A DNA stretch of 34,387 nt from Oculatellaceae cyanobacterium bins.114. Its GTDB lineage: Bacteria; Cyanobacteriota; Cyanobacteriia; Elainellales; Elainellaceae. Both the position numbers and the translations under genes were made by a program. This document shows positions 17,575 to 28,173 of the stretch, piece by piece. Location of the stretch: the NCBI GenBank assembly GCA_033764315.1, contig JANRJA010000221.1, positions 1 to 34,387 on the forward strand. Direction: 5' to 3'. Under the pieces are notes generated by a model. The model worked only from the letters and a program-made list of their open reading frames with translations, was not told where the DNA came from and did not search any database. Position 1 is the stretch's first letter; every line of letters starts with the position of its first letter.

Positions 17575-18875
17575 AAATGGCCTTCCTGCTCAATGTGTTT
17601 GGCGATGTCGTTAACGCAACGCCGTAGTGCTCGTTCGTTGGCACTGTAATTAAGGGCAATGGTCGCAATGTAGTATTCGCCATCAATGGTAAATGCCAGT
17701 GTGGTGCCGAGCATTTTAGAGTTTTGTCCTGTCTTTTCGCCCATCCAAATGGCTGTTGTGTTTCTTAATCCGTCATAACCTAAGACGGTGTCGTACTGGC
17801 TAGCCAAGATTTCGATCAACAGGTCGTCTCCAGGATGCTCTTTCGCGTAAATTTGCCGCATCATCTCAGTTAGTTCGTCGGTGGTGAAGCGATTGGGGAT
17901 CGAGCCAGCATTGGCAGGATAAGTACTTTGACCCACCAATTTGTAATCTACAAATGTAACTGGAAAGCCGCGATCGCGCATTGTTTTGTTAATGTAATCG
18001 CGTCCCAAATAGTCAATCAACTGATTGGTAGCAATATTGCTACTTTGATTGATCATGCGTTGCAGCAATTTGCGAAGCGTATATTCAGACCCCACCCAAA
18101 TATCAGAGGCATCTTCGGTGTAGTTGCCTCGACTGACCATAACTTTGGTGTCGAGGTTGATGTTATTGGTGGTGACTTTCTCCATCAGGGCGATCGCCAC
18201 AGGCATTTTAATCAAGCTGGCAGGGCTGGCAGGCATTTTGTTACCTTGCCAACGGCGACATTCTCCTGACAAATGGCACACTGTAATGAACACATCTTCA
18301 GGCGGGAGTTCGGTGCGCTCGGCGATTGCTTTGAGAAAGCCTGAACGTGCTGTGTCGTAGTTGTAGGAGGCAGCAGATAGGTTCTTTTCATACGCTTCTA
18401 GCTGGCTGGTGGCGGTGGCCGTCAAAAAAGTATTTTGAGGAACTTGCTTGAGTGCATTGACAGCTTCTTGCCAAAGGGCGTGAATATTTTTGATGGTTTC
18501 AGTTGAATCATCTGATCTTTTTTCGAGATCGGTTGCTTCATCAGCCAGTTGACCCGCCCGATCCCAGTTTTTCTCGGCTGTTTCTTCAACCTGGATGCGA
18601 ATCTCAACGGCTTGTAATTCTTGTAGCAGAGTCGTTGGAGTCGAGAAAATGCCAATTCCCGTTAGGGTAGGAGTCGCTTTGGGGGAGTCGAGATCGGCAC
18701 GGAGGCGATCGCGCATCTTGTATAACTCTTGCAGAGAGCGAACTTGAGGCGTTTGAAGTTGATCGGTGTAAGGTGTTTCTAAAACGGGAGCAACTGACCG
18801 CTGTGGAACAGCAACCGTTGCCCCTGCAAATATCAGGGCAGTTATCGGAATACTAAAGAGATACCACCGACGCAT
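17571..18875 (-). CDS. Exported serine hydrolase, class A beta-lactamase-like / PBP fold with helical N-terminal domain
   Basis: Signal/TM N-terminus; SLIK (SxxK), SSN (SxN) and KTG motifs. Confidence 0.85.
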   Translation of the reverse strand: MRRWYLFSIPITALIFAGATVAVPQRSVAPVLETPYTDQLQTPQVRSLQELYKMRDRLRADLDSPKATPTLTGIGIFSTPTTLLQELQAVEIRIQVEETAEKNWDRAGQLADEATDLEKRSDDSTETIKNIHALWQEAVNALKQVPQNTFLTATATSQLEAYEKNLSAASYNYDTARSGFLKAIAERTELPPEDVFITVCHLSGECRRWQGNKMPASPASLIKMPVAIALMEKVTTNNINLDTKVMVSRGNYTEDASDIWVGSEYTLRKLLQRMINQSSNIATNQLIDYLGRDYINKTMRDRGFPVTFVDYKLVGQSTYPANAGSIPNRFTTDELTEMMRQIYAKEHPGDDLLIEILASQYDTVLGYDGLRNTTAIWMGEKTGQNSKMLGTTLAFTIDGEYYIATIALNYSANERALRRCVNDIAKHIEQEGHL

Positions 18876-19342
18876 GTCAACCTCACATCACCGAAACATC
18901 AACACAGGCAATCACTAACAGTGAAACCCGGAGCGATCGCACTAGTCTGTAGACGGGATGACCGAATTTACTACAAGGATATAAAAGCTGATTTTAGAGG
19001 GTTACAGCCACTCCTTGTCAGTGGGCTGAACCACAATCTTTGGCACCCGCAATAGCCTACCTCACAACAGCAACTTTAAATAACACTGAGTCAGACGATC
19101 GGGTCAGTCAGGTTATGAGGCATTGGACTATAGATAGTGCCCTCAGGGAATCAAAACACCCGCCATAGACTAAACGAAAAATACCCGTTTTGTTACAGTT
19201 TTGTCTAGAATTCTTTAATGTTTCCCTGATTGCTTAGATCTCATGAATCTTCGTTCTTTGAAAGCAGGAACGATTCACGTCATGATTCATACAGGAGATC
19301 AATCGATTACTTCAGGAAATTATTCCCTAACGAGGTCAGCCC

Positions 19343-20797
19343 ATGCCATCCATTCGCGAGTTGCATGATCAACTCACTCGCAAAGAACGCTCTGCCGTTG
19401 AAATTACTCAAGCAACCTTAGACCGCATTCAAGCGTTAGAACCCAAACTGCGGAGCTTCTTGCATATTACGGCAGAGCAGGCGTTAGAGCAGGCAAAACA
19501 GGTAGATGCCCAGTTGGCTAACGGTGAACCATTGGGATCGCTTGCTGGAATTCCAGTGGCGGTCAAAGACAACATGTGTACCAAAGGCATTCCAACTACC
19601 TGTGGCTCCAAAATTTTGCAAAATTTTGTTCCACCCTATGAATCGACAGTCACATCCCGGTTAAGAGCAGCGGGTGCCATTATTGTTGGCAAAACCAACA
19701 TGGATGAGTTTGCGATGGGCAGCTCTACTGAAAACTCTGCTTATCAACTCACCGCCAACCCGTGGGATCTGGAACGTGTCCCCGGAGGGTCTTCTGGAGG
19801 CTCAGCGGCTGCGGTCGCTGGAGGGCAGGTGCCGATCGCCTTGGGATCTGACACCGGAGGATCGATTCGCCAGCCTGCGGCATTGTGTGGCGTGGTGGGC
19901 ATGAAGCCAACCTATGGTTTAGTGTCTCGATTTGGCTTGGTAGCCTATGCTTCGTCGCTCGATCAGATTGGTCCCTTTGGACGCTCGGTGGAGGATGCCG
20001 CTCGGTTGCTGGGGGCGATCGCGGGCTATGATCCCAAAGACTCGACTAGCCTAAAGGTTGAGATTCCTGACTATGCGGCTGCTCTCACGGGCTCAGGGGC
20101 GATCGCAGGCTTGCGCATTGGTGTGATCCAAGAAACCTTTGGAGAAGGACTGGATCCAGTCGTTGAAGCGGCAGTGAACAAAGCGGTTCAACAATTACAG
20201 GAATTAGGGGCACAAACCCAGGTGATTTCCTGTCCACAATTTCGATATGGGTTACCGACCTACTATGTCATTGCTCCTTCTGAGGCATCTGCAAACCTGG
20301 CTCGTTATGACGGTGTGAAATATGGGTTTCGGACTGACCAGCCTGATAACTTGCTCAGCATGTATACTCAGACTCGTGCTCAAGGGTTTGGGGCTGAGGT
20401 CAAACGCCGCATCATGATTGGCACCTATGCTCTGTCAGCGGGCTATTACGATGCCTATTATCTGAAAGCGCAAAAAGTGCGAACGCTGATTAAGCAAGAC
20501 TTTGAGCGAGCGTTTGAGCAAGTTGACATTTTGGTTTGTCCGACTTCACCCACCACTGCTTTTAAAGCAGGTGAAAAAACGGACGATCCCCTCAGCATGT
20601 ATCTGTCTGACTTAATGACCATACCAGTTAACTTGGCAGGACTCCCTGCATTAAGTTTGCCTTGTGGTTTTGATGATCAGGGGTTGCCGATTGGTTTGCA
20701 AATGATTGCCAATGTCTTACGAGAAGATTTGCTGTTTTCAGCCGCCTATGCCTACGAGCAAGCAACTCCGTGGCATAAACAAACGCCTAAACTATAG
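19343..20797 (+). CDS. gatA: Asp-tRNA(Asn)/Glu-tRNA(Gln) amidotransferase subunit A
   Basis: [63 protein letters not shown]. Confidence 0.98.
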   Translation: MPSIRELHDQLTRKERSAVEITQATLDRIQALEPKLRSFLHITAEQALEQAKQVDAQLANGEPLGSLAGIPVAVKDNMCTKGIPTTCGSKILQNFVPPYESTVTSRLRAAGAIIVGKTNMDEFAMGSSTENSAYQLTANPWDLERVPGGSSGGSAAAVAGGQVPIALGSDTGGSIRQPAALCGVVGMKPTYGLVSRFGLVAYASSLDQIGPFGRSVEDAARLLGAIAGYDPKDSTSLKVEIPDYAAALTGSGAIAGLRIGVIQETFGEGLDPVVEAAVNKAVQQLQELGAQTQVISCPQFRYGLPTYYVIAPSEASANLARYDGVKYGFRTDQPDNLLSMYTQTRAQGFGAEVKRRIMIGTYALSAGYYDAYYLKAQKVRTLIKQDFERAFEQVDILVCPTSPTTAFKAGEKTDDPLSMYLSDLMTIPVNLAGLPALSLPCGFDDQGLPIGLQMIANVLREDLLFSAAYAYEQATPWHKQTPKL

Positions 20798-20804
20798 CAA
20801 TTCC

Positions 20805-20833
20805 AGAAGCGCACCCCAACGGGGTGCGCTTCT
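20805..20833 (+). terminator. Hairpin directly after gatA
   Basis: AGAAGCGCACCCC-AAC-GGGGTGCGCTTCT, a perfect 13-bp stem. Confidence 0.75.
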
Positions 20834-20933
20834 TACAACTCCCTCATCTTACAAATGATTTAGGACTGCTATAGATTAGGAGTTGTTTGATATAGGGGTC
20901 GAGCTGCTTTTGCCAACTGATCGTCTTGCTCTC

Positions 20934-21833
20934 ATGAAAATCTTGTTTGCGTCTTTTCGTTGGCTGTCGTTAAGCCTGCTTGGGTTGGTGCTAGTGACGT
21001 ATGGCGGAGTTTGTCTCTACCTCTATTTTTGGCAGACTCGGTTAATTTTCTTTCCATCTCCCACGATTGAAACGACTCCTAAAGAGTTTGGGTTGGAGTA
21101 TGAAGATGTCTGGTTGCCAGTCAAGGGGGGTGATTCTCTGAATGGGGAAACACCGGCTCAGTTGCATGGATGGTGGATTCCGGCTCAATCGACATCACGA
21201 GGAGTAGTGCTATACCTGCATGGCAATGGTGCCAATATCGGGGCCAATGTAGCGCAGGCAGAGCGGTTTCATCGGCTAGGTTTGTCGGTGTTGTTGATCG
21301 ACTATCGAGGCTATGGTAAGAGTACGGGCGGATTTCCCAGTGAAGCAAAGGTCTACGAAGACGCAACTGTTGCCTGGAATTATCTGACTCAGAAACGTAA
21401 TATTTCTCCTCAACGAATTTTGCTATATGGGCATTCTTTGGGTGGGGCGATCGCCACTCAGTTAGCCGTTCAACAACCTGATGCGGCAGGGCTAATTGTG
21501 CAGTGTTCATTCACCTCGATTCGAGAGATGACAAACCGCATTCGGTCTTATCGCTTGTTGCCGATCGACCTAGTTTTGACCCAACGGTTTGAGTCAATTC
21601 GTAAAGTGCCCCATTTGAAAATGCCTGTATTGTTTATTCACGGTATGGCAGATACCGAAATTCCATTTGATATGAGCCAAACTCTGTATGAGGCGGCTCC
21701 CGAACCCAAACGGCTCTGGCTGGTGCCCGATGCGGGGCACAACACTGTTGGAGATGTGGCAGGAGCAGAATATTTGCGAGTTGTCGGGCAGTTTGTGCGA
21801 GAAACAGTTCCTGACCCAGCCATTATTGACTAA
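20934..21833 (+). CDS. Membrane-anchored alpha/beta hydrolase (BEM46/ABHD13-like)
   Basis: N-terminal TM segment, LHGNGAN, DYRGYG, GHSLGG, FIHGMAD, AGHN. Confidence 0.9.
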   Translation: MKILFASFRWLSLSLLGLVLVTYGGVCLYLYFWQTRLIFFPSPTIETTPKEFGLEYEDVWLPVKGGDSLNGETPAQLHGWWIPAQSTSRGVVLYLHGNGANIGANVAQAERFHRLGLSVLLIDYRGYGKSTGGFPSEAKVYEDATVAWNYLTQKRNISPQRILLYGHSLGGAIATQLAVQQPDAAGLIVQCSFTSIREMTNRIRSYRLLPIDLVLTQRFESIRKVPHLKMPVLFIHGMADTEIPFDMSQTLYEAAPEPKRLWLVPDAGHNTVGDVAGAEYLRVVGQFVRETVPDPAIID

Positions 21834-23850
21834 TCGGTGATGCTCTCTTTTGGCACCAAAACCGATACATGGCAGAAAAGGCAAAGGGATGCATTTCCTC
21901 AAACTGATCGAGCCAGGTTAGGTTTGTCATGGTGGGATCGTCAGGGAACTGTGCTTTGTATGCCTGAGCCAATTCTGGGGCGATCGGCTCTAACCCAATC
22001 AGGTGCAAGCCCAGTTGATCCAAAATAGCTCTGATTTGTGGCAGCGTGTAATTGTGTTCTTGGACGTGGAAAATCAGGTCACGACAACCGCTCAAGCTAT
22101 AGAAATCGGGCGATCGCATGACTTGGGCGACTAAATCATCTGGCTCTAACGCAAAAATCGCCTGTCTAGCCTGTCGAATGCCTGTAGCGGTGCGCTCAAA
22201 TCTGCGTTGAGCAATGAATGCTCGCGCGGCTTTGACAGATTGTCGTGCTCGTGCGTTATAGAGGGCTATTCGCATTAGCCCTGATGGTTTTAACAAGTTG
22301 ACCAACCCCTGCCAACCCGCGATTGGATTTTCTAGGTGATGCAGCACCCCGATGCATTCAATTAAGGGAAACGATTGAGCGAGTGTTTCGAGTTCTAAAA
22401 TATCGCCCTGCCGAAAGCTAATATTCTCAACGCCGAGTTCTTGAGCCATGCGGTTGGCATAGGCAAGACTGGTGCGGCTGAGATCAACCGCTAAAACGGT
22501 GGAGTTTTGGTAGGTTTGAGCCACGTCGATCGCATGTTTGCCCGTACCGCACCCTGCCACCAAAATGTCCAACGGCTGTTGCAAAATGGGTGGGGGTTCA
22601 AAGTGAGGCAGTAAGGTTGCCAACAGGGTTGTAAGCGGACGAGGGGCAATCTTCGGTAGATTAAGCCAGCGTGGATAGGGGTTCTCTTCGTATTGGGTTT
22701 GAACGGCTAATGAGATCGGGTCTTGAATCGGGGTAATCGCTGAAATCATTGGCTGAATGGCAGACTCTTGTTGGCGATCGCTCACACTGCGCTTGATCAG
22801 CACTCGCATAGTGGGATGCCAGGATGCAGGTGTCACGTCTAGCAAGCGATCGCTGGTCGAAAGGATATGCAAGGGAATGTATGTCGCTAATATTGCCAGT
22901 CGCACTTGAGATTCACGAGTTGTGTCCTCAGCTAATGCATTTTGACTCTCAAACTCGGCTCGTCGCTGTTGTACTGCCTGCATTTCGGCCTCAGTCATAG
23001 CAAAGACATACTCATTGTTAAAGCATTGCACTGCCAGAGCCGCCACAAAGCCGAGTGGGTCGGAGTTGGGAAATGGTTCTAACAGCAGAGCCTTGCGGAG
23101 GTGTGTGAGGAAACTCTCAAACTCTGGATCAACCAGGACAGAGCGGGTCAAGATCTGGTACAACAGAGATTGCTGAAACAGCCAATCTAACTCTGTTTGC
23201 ACAGCCATGCTCAAAGGTGCTTCGCTGTGTTGCAAGAGGCTCGTCATTTCTGGAGTCAGCTTGAGCAAATAAGTGGCGATCGCCCCCAAGGTTTGTTGAT
23301 CGACCTCTGGCAAGGCAAAACACCGCTCTACAACCTGCAAAAACTCAGCATCAACCGTTGAAAAGGCTAGATGAGGCAAACAACGAGCAAATCGGGAGAG
23401 ATAGCCCCTATGTTCTGGTGCTAATCTCACCGCGACATAACTGTGGTTAAAAGCGACATCCCATTCGCCTTGCTCAGCTAAAACGCCTGCCAATTGGTGA
23501 TGTATAGCAGAATCGCCAGGAGTTTGCTGCAATGCTTGACGATAGAGGGTCTCAGCTGTGGATAGGTCGCCTTGATCGACATGGCGATCGCCTGCCATTT
23601 GTAAAATATGAGCCAACTCAACTGCCCAATCAGCCACCTGGTCTGACTCCGCCTGCGCCATCACATACAACCAGGTAGACTCGGCTTCTAAGAGATTGCC
23701 GCTCAAGAGTTGTGCTAAACCCAACTGCCAATAATGAGATGCTTCATCTGGCTCAGCCTCAATACACTGCTCATACAGGGCGATCGCCTGTTCATATTGC
23801 CCGTGAGACAGAGCCTCAGATGCCTGGTTCAGCCATTCCGCAACGCCCAT
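21823..23850 (-). CDS. TPR-repeat protein with C-terminal class I SAM-dependent methyltransferase
   Basis: N-terminal TPR-like helices; QYEENPYPRW, ILVAGCGTG, GVLHHL, RDLIFHVQEH. Confidence 0.88.
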   Translation of the reverse strand: MGVAEWLNQASEALSHGQYEQAIALYEQCIEAEPDEASHYWQLGLAQLLSGNLLEAESTWLYVMAQAESDQVADWAVELAHILQMAGDRHVDQGDLSTAETLYRQALQQTPGDSAIHHQLAGVLAEQGEWDVAFNHSYVAVRLAPEHRGYLSRFARCLPHLAFSTVDAEFLQVVERCFALPEVDQQTLGAIATYLLKLTPEMTSLLQHSEAPLSMAVQTELDWLFQQSLLYQILTRSVLVDPEFESFLTHLRKALLLEPFPNSDPLGFVAALAVQCFNNEYVFAMTEAEMQAVQQRRAEFESQNALAEDTTRESQVRLAILATYIPLHILSTSDRLLDVTPASWHPTMRVLIKRSVSDRQQESAIQPMISAITPIQDPISLAVQTQYEENPYPRWLNLPKIAPRPLTTLLATLLPHFEPPPILQQPLDILVAGCGTGKHAIDVAQTYQNSTVLAVDLSRTSLAYANRMAQELGVENISFRQGDILELETLAQSFPLIECIGVLHHLENPIAGWQGLVNLLKPSGLMRIALYNARARQSVKAARAFIAQRRFERTATGIRQARQAIFALEPDDLVAQVMRSPDFYSLSGCRDLIFHVQEHNYTLPQIRAILDQLGLHLIGLEPIAPELAQAYKAQFPDDPTMTNLTWLDQFEEMHPFAFSAMYRFWCQKRASPISQ

Positions 23851-23959
23851 AGAAGATCAACATAGAGTTCTACTGCTTTAGTGTAAGCAAAGTTTTTGCT
23901 AGATCAGCTTGCCCTCAACTAGTCGAAACCCGAACCTAAATTGAGTTTCATTAGCGTCT

Positions 23960-24068
23960 CCTACTTAAATGAGTGCGTTTGCACTAAAGATGATTTTGAG
24001 GGTGCAGGGGGTGGAACTCTTCAAAACCCCTACTCCCTGTTTTTACAACTAAGACGCCTGCCTACTTA
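23960..24068. repeat. Degenerate repeat or MITE remnant bounded by 8-bp direct repeats
   Basis: CCTACTTA at 23960-23967 and 24061-24068; interior GGGTGCAGGGG resembles the reverse complement of the 29.2-kb cargo. Confidence 0.4.
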
Positions 24069-24380
24069 CCGATGGGTTAGTACGTCCTGAGCTATGGCAG
24101 GTCACGAGTTTTTTGCTTGTTCAAAACGGGAGCAAGCATTCGATTGGGCAATAGTAAAACCAGCTTTTTCAAACAAGGCGATGCGAAGCCATTTCTCCGC
24201 TGGGATAATCGCCAATCTGTCATAATAATTGCTTCCTGGTTTTGAACTCGACTCAATCTCACTCAGCATCTTTTGGATTTTTTGGAGTCGTAAATCACAC
24301 GCGGGTTATAGCGCAGCACTGTAAATTTGAACTAAATTAGCAACAGCGATCGCCACCATTGTTTAAGAGGACCATTTACC

Positions 24381-24596
24381 ATGACAACCGAACTTGAAAC
24401 TGGATTGCCCAGCATTCGCCAGATTCAAACCATGATTCGCGAAGAGCGGGAAGTTGAGTTAAAACTGATTACTAACGATTTATTGACAGGCAAGTTGCGT
24501 TGGCAAGATCACCACTGCATCTGTCTGATTGACCATTACGATCAACCCACGATCATCTGGCGTACTGCCCTTGTGTTTATCAAACCAAAGCTCTAG
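24381..24596 (+). CDS. hfq: Cyanobacterial Hfq-like Sm-fold protein
   Basis: TGLPSIRQIQ...VELKLITNDLLTGKLRWQD...IIWRTALVFIKP pattern; GAGG RBS. Confidence 0.92.
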   Translation: MTTELETGLPSIRQIQTMIREEREVELKLITNDLLTGKLRWQDHHCICLIDHYDQPTIIWRTALVFIKPKL

Positions 24597-26944
24597 TTGT
24601 CTGTCTCTCGCATGCTCTCTAGGGGGGCAAAGTCTTGCATAGTCTCATTGACTGAAACGGTCACCATTGGCACTTGCAACTTAGGTAACAGTGTCAATGG
24701 CACAATCCATTGTTGAGCCCGCATCAGACTAATATCACTGCCACACAACAACAGGCGATCGCCTGCCTCTAACTCAGCGGTGCCATTGGGAAAGCGGGTA
24801 AACTTGCCTTCTCGTCGAATGGCTTGCACTTGCACCCCATGCTGACGGCTCAGATCTAAATCAGCTAAGGTTTTGTTGACGACAGGGCTGTTATTAGGCA
24901 CGATTAACCATTGACAGCACGACATTTCTTTCGCCGGTACTGGGGCCTCTCCTTTTGCCAACTCGTTGAATGCAGCTAGCTCCTCTGCTTCCCCTACCAG
25001 CAACAGGCGATCGCCCCCTTGCAAAATTGTTTGAGCATCCGGGTAATCCATTTCTTCCCCGTCAGTGCGTTGAATTGCCATTAAACTAACGCCTAACAAT
25101 CGCCGAAGATCTGCCTCTTCTAGGGTCATTCCCACTAGTGGTGAATTGTCAGGCAAAGCATACCACTGACGATTCATATCTTGAGTAGCCGTCAACAATT
25201 CGCGTGATACCTCGTCCAAAGACCGCTCTGGGCGCAAGTCGAGATAATGGCTGTTGCGAATATCTGCCACTTCGCGTTGCACGGTTCCAGGGTTGACCCC
25301 CATTTTCATCAATAGATGAGAAGATAACTCTAAACTTGCCTCAAACTCAGGTTGCACCACTTCCCGTGCACCTAGTTGATAGAGCAATTCAATATCTTTG
25401 TCTTGTTCTGCCCGCACGACAACATCGAGTTCAGGAGCTAGCTCTAAGGCCCGTTTGAGACACAACCGAGTGCTCATAGGGTCAGGCAGAGCGATCGCCA
25501 ACCCTCGTGCCCGTGCTACTCCAGCCGACTCCATCACATGCAAGCTAGCTGCATTACCGTAAATATAGGAAACACCCAACTCGCGGACTTGCTGAATCAC
25601 CTGCTCTGACTGATCAATCACCACGACTGGATATTGATGTTCTCGCAATAACTGCACAATGTTACGCCCTACTCGTCCATACCCACAGACGACAATGTGG
25701 TCTTGAGTGGGGATGTCTTCTGATATCTCAATATCGCGATCGGCCCCTTCTAGCCAATCTTTAATCCAGGGGACGGTTTCTGCCCAGACAAATAACTGAG
25801 GCACCAACCGCAACACAAAAGGTGTAAATACAAGCGTGACTGCTGTTGTCCCTAAAATCAGTAGATAAACAGGGCGAGATACGATCCCTAAGACCTGACC
25901 TTTGCTGGCCAGCACAAACGAAAATTCCCCAATTTGTGCCAACCCCAACCCTGCTATTAATGCAGTCTTAAGAGGATAACGAAAGGCTCGTACGAGAGGC
26001 GTAATGATCAGGAACTTGCCAACAAATACAAGGGCAACTAATCCCAGAATCAGCTCCAAGTTATTCCAAATAAAGACGGGGTCAATCAACATTCCTACCG
26101 CTGCAAAAAATAAGCTGGCAAAAATGTCTCGGATGGGTTCTACATAGGTCAAGGTTTGGTCAGCATATTCCACCTCTGAGATCATCAACCCAGCGATAAA
26201 TGCCCCCATCTCAATTGACAAACCTAAGTGCTCTGTCAATAGAGCAATGCCTAAACAAAGGGCAACGACTCCCAACAAAAACAGTTCTCGACTTTCAGTG
26301 CGAGCTAGCAAGCGCAATAACGGGGGAATCACCCAAATTCCAGCAGCGATCGCCCCTGCCGCTAACAAAGCCGTTTGCAGAAACGCCCACCCCACTGCAA
26401 TGCCAATCTCATCAGCGGGGCGATCGAGCGCAGGCAGCACTGCCAACATCAGCCCCAGAGCCAAATCTTGAACCACCAAAATGCCTAGCATCACCCGACC
26501 GTGGGGCGTCTCAGTTTCGTTACGCTCCATTAAGCACTTGAGCACAACGGCTGTAGATGAGAGCGACAAAATTGCTCCCAAAAACACCCCTTGGGTCGGC
26601 GATGTGACCCAACCAATTCCCACTGAAACCAGAGCAGTCACCAAAATGGTAGAGAGAATCTGTAGCGTTCCTCCCCCCAAACTGATGGCTTGGACTTTCT
26701 TAAGTTCAGTAAATGAGAATTCTACACCCAATGCAAAAAGCAAAAAAGCAGCCCCAAGCTGTGCCAATGTCTCAACCTGGACCAGTTCTTTGACTAACCC
26801 TAACCCAGCAGGACCGACCAACACGCCTCCCACTAAATAACCCAGCAACACAGGCTGCTTAAGTAGTGCTGCGATCAATCCGCCGCCTGCTGCCGCTGCT
26901 AACACCATTACCAAATCAACAATCAGCCTGAAATCTTCTTGCAC
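24593..26944 (-). CDS. CPA2 cation:proton antiporter (Kef-like) with RCK_N and two RCK_C domains
   Basis: Multiple TM helices, SLSSTAVVLK, LAQIGEFSFVL, CGYGRVG (TrkA_N), two TrkA_C-like repeats. Confidence 0.93.
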   Translation of the reverse strand: MQEDFRLIVDLVMVLAAAAGGGLIAALLKQPVLLGYLVGGVLVGPAGLGLVKELVQVETLAQLGAAFLLFALGVEFSFTELKKVQAISLGGGTLQILSTILVTALVSVGIGWVTSPTQGVFLGAILSLSSTAVVLKCLMERNETETPHGRVMLGILVVQDLALGLMLAVLPALDRPADEIGIAVGWAFLQTALLAAGAIAAGIWVIPPLLRLLARTESRELFLLGVVALCLGIALLTEHLGLSIEMGAFIAGLMISEVEYADQTLTYVEPIRDIFASLFFAAVGMLIDPVFIWNNLELILGLVALVFVGKFLIITPLVRAFRYPLKTALIAGLGLAQIGEFSFVLASKGQVLGIVSRPVYLLILGTTAVTLVFTPFVLRLVPQLFVWAETVPWIKDWLEGADRDIEISEDIPTQDHIVVCGYGRVGRNIVQLLREHQYPVVVIDQSEQVIQQVRELGVSYIYGNAASLHVMESAGVARARGLAIALPDPMSTRLCLKRALELAPELDVVVRAEQDKDIELLYQLGAREVVQPEFEASLELSSHLLMKMGVNPGTVQREVADIRNSHYLDLRPERSLDEVSRELLTATQDMNRQWYALPDNSPLVGMTLEEADLRRLLGVSLMAIQRTDGEEMDYPDAQTILQGGDRLLLVGEAEELAAFNELAKGEAPVPAKEMSCCQWLIVPNNSPVVNKTLADLDLSRQHGVQVQAIRREGKFTRFPNGTAELEAGDRLLLCGSDISLMRAQQWIVPLTLLPKLQVPMVTVSVNETMQDFAPLESMRETDN

Positions 26945-27219
26945 GGGTTCCTAGCAATTCTGAGAGAAATGTTAAATACTCTTAATTCTTAGAATACAGA
27001 GTTTTGCAAGCGACTGGGAGGGATAGAGCAGAAAACCAGGCAATTTTTGAGAGTGAGAGAGCCTAGCCTAAGGTGTTATTTCAACACTCCTTATGAGGCA
27101 TGGCACAGACCTTACCTAGCTCCACTGACCACTGACTACTGCCTCAGGACGATGACCATTCACCACTTTGCGATAAACAGTTGGAACTCTCTCAAAAGGA
27201 ATGTTAGTCTATCTGGTCA

Positions 27220-27257
27220 ATAGCTCTTGCCTCCTCATATAGCCCTTGCCTCCTCAC
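27220..27257. repeat. 19-bp tandem duplication immediately upstream of the M23 start codon
   Basis: ATAGCTCTTGCCTCCTCAT / ATAGCCCTTGCCTCCTCAC. Confidence 0.8.
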
Positions 27258-27258
27258 T

Positions 27259-28173
27259 ATGACTTCTCTCATCTCTAAAATTCGCGTTGCTTCTCCACAG
27301 CTAAATCGCTTGCTTCGCCAGCCTCGATTGATTCTCAGCCTATTTTTTGGGTTGGTTGTCTTGTTATCGGTCTTAACCAGTCCTGCTCAAGCGTTTCAGG
27401 TGCAGGTTCAACCGACTGATCCACAGCTTGGAGATACGCTATCGGTGATTGTGCAATCCGATCGCGCTGGAGCCACAGCCCCTACGGTGACGTTTAACCA
27501 AAAAACATACCCGATGTTTGCCCTCGGCACCAATCGCTATCGGGCATTACTCCCGACAACCCCCCTCGATCGCCCCGGACGATTCACCATTCAAGTCAGT
27601 GATGGACAAGATATCAGTAACTTAGCCGTGAGTTTGCGCGATCGCTCTTTCCCAACACAACGGATTCGAGTGCAAGGGGGTGGGTCTGACGGCACCGACT
27701 TTGAGTTTGCTCAGGTCAATGAGTTTAAGCAGTTAGTGACGCCAGAGAAATTTTGGAATGGTGCGTTTGCCCGTCCTGCTGGGGGCGACATCACCACGGT
27801 GTATGGGGTGAGGCGTTATTACAACGGAGTCTTTGCCGACAACTACTATCACCGTGGGGTTGATTATGCGGGTGGCACCGGAGCACCAGTCGTCGCTCCA
27901 GCACCGGGTCGAGTCGTGTTAATTGGGCGCGAAGCCGAAGGATTTCGTCTGCATGGCAACACGATTGGCCTTGATCACGGTCAGGGCGTTGCCAGCATCT
28001 TTATCCATCTCAGCCGCATAGATGTCAGAGAAGGAGACTTTGTGCAGACTGGGCAACGGATTGGAGCGATCGGAGCAACTGGATCTGCCACCGGACCTAA
28101 CTTGCACTGGGGCTTATATGTGCATGGACAGTCAATCGACCCTGTGCCGTGGCGTTATGACGGATTTGAGTAA
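27259..28173 (+). CDS. M23 family (LytM) metallopeptidase-like protein with signal peptide
   Basis: YHRGVDY (HxxxD), GNTIGLDHG, HLSRIDV, ATGPNLHW (HxH reads NxH). Confidence 0.9.
   Translation: MTSLISKIRVASPQLNRLLRQPRLILSLFFGLVVLLSVLTSPAQAFQVQVQPTDPQLGDTLSVIVQSDRAGATAPTVTFNQKTYPMFALGTNRYRALLPTTPLDRPGRFTIQVSDGQDISNLAVSLRDRSFPTQRIRVQGGGSDGTDFEFAQVNEFKQLVTPEKFWNGAFARPAGGDITTVYGVRRYYNGVFADNYYHRGVDYAGGTGAPVVAPAPGRVVLIGREAEGFRLHGNTIGLDHGQGVASIFIHLSRIDVREGDFVQTGQRIGAIGATGSATGPNLHWGLYVHGQSIDPVPWRYDGFE

Noticed and set aside
18876..19342. Possible riboswitch, T-box or sRNA upstream of gatA
   Set aside because: Only short hairpins (for example CAGCCACT..AGTGGGCTG) are visible, with no recognisable conserved motif; an Rfam scan would be needed.
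27122..27167. CCACTGA-like heptamer run
   Set aside because: Ordinary short tandemly repeated heptamers typical of filamentous cyanobacteria.
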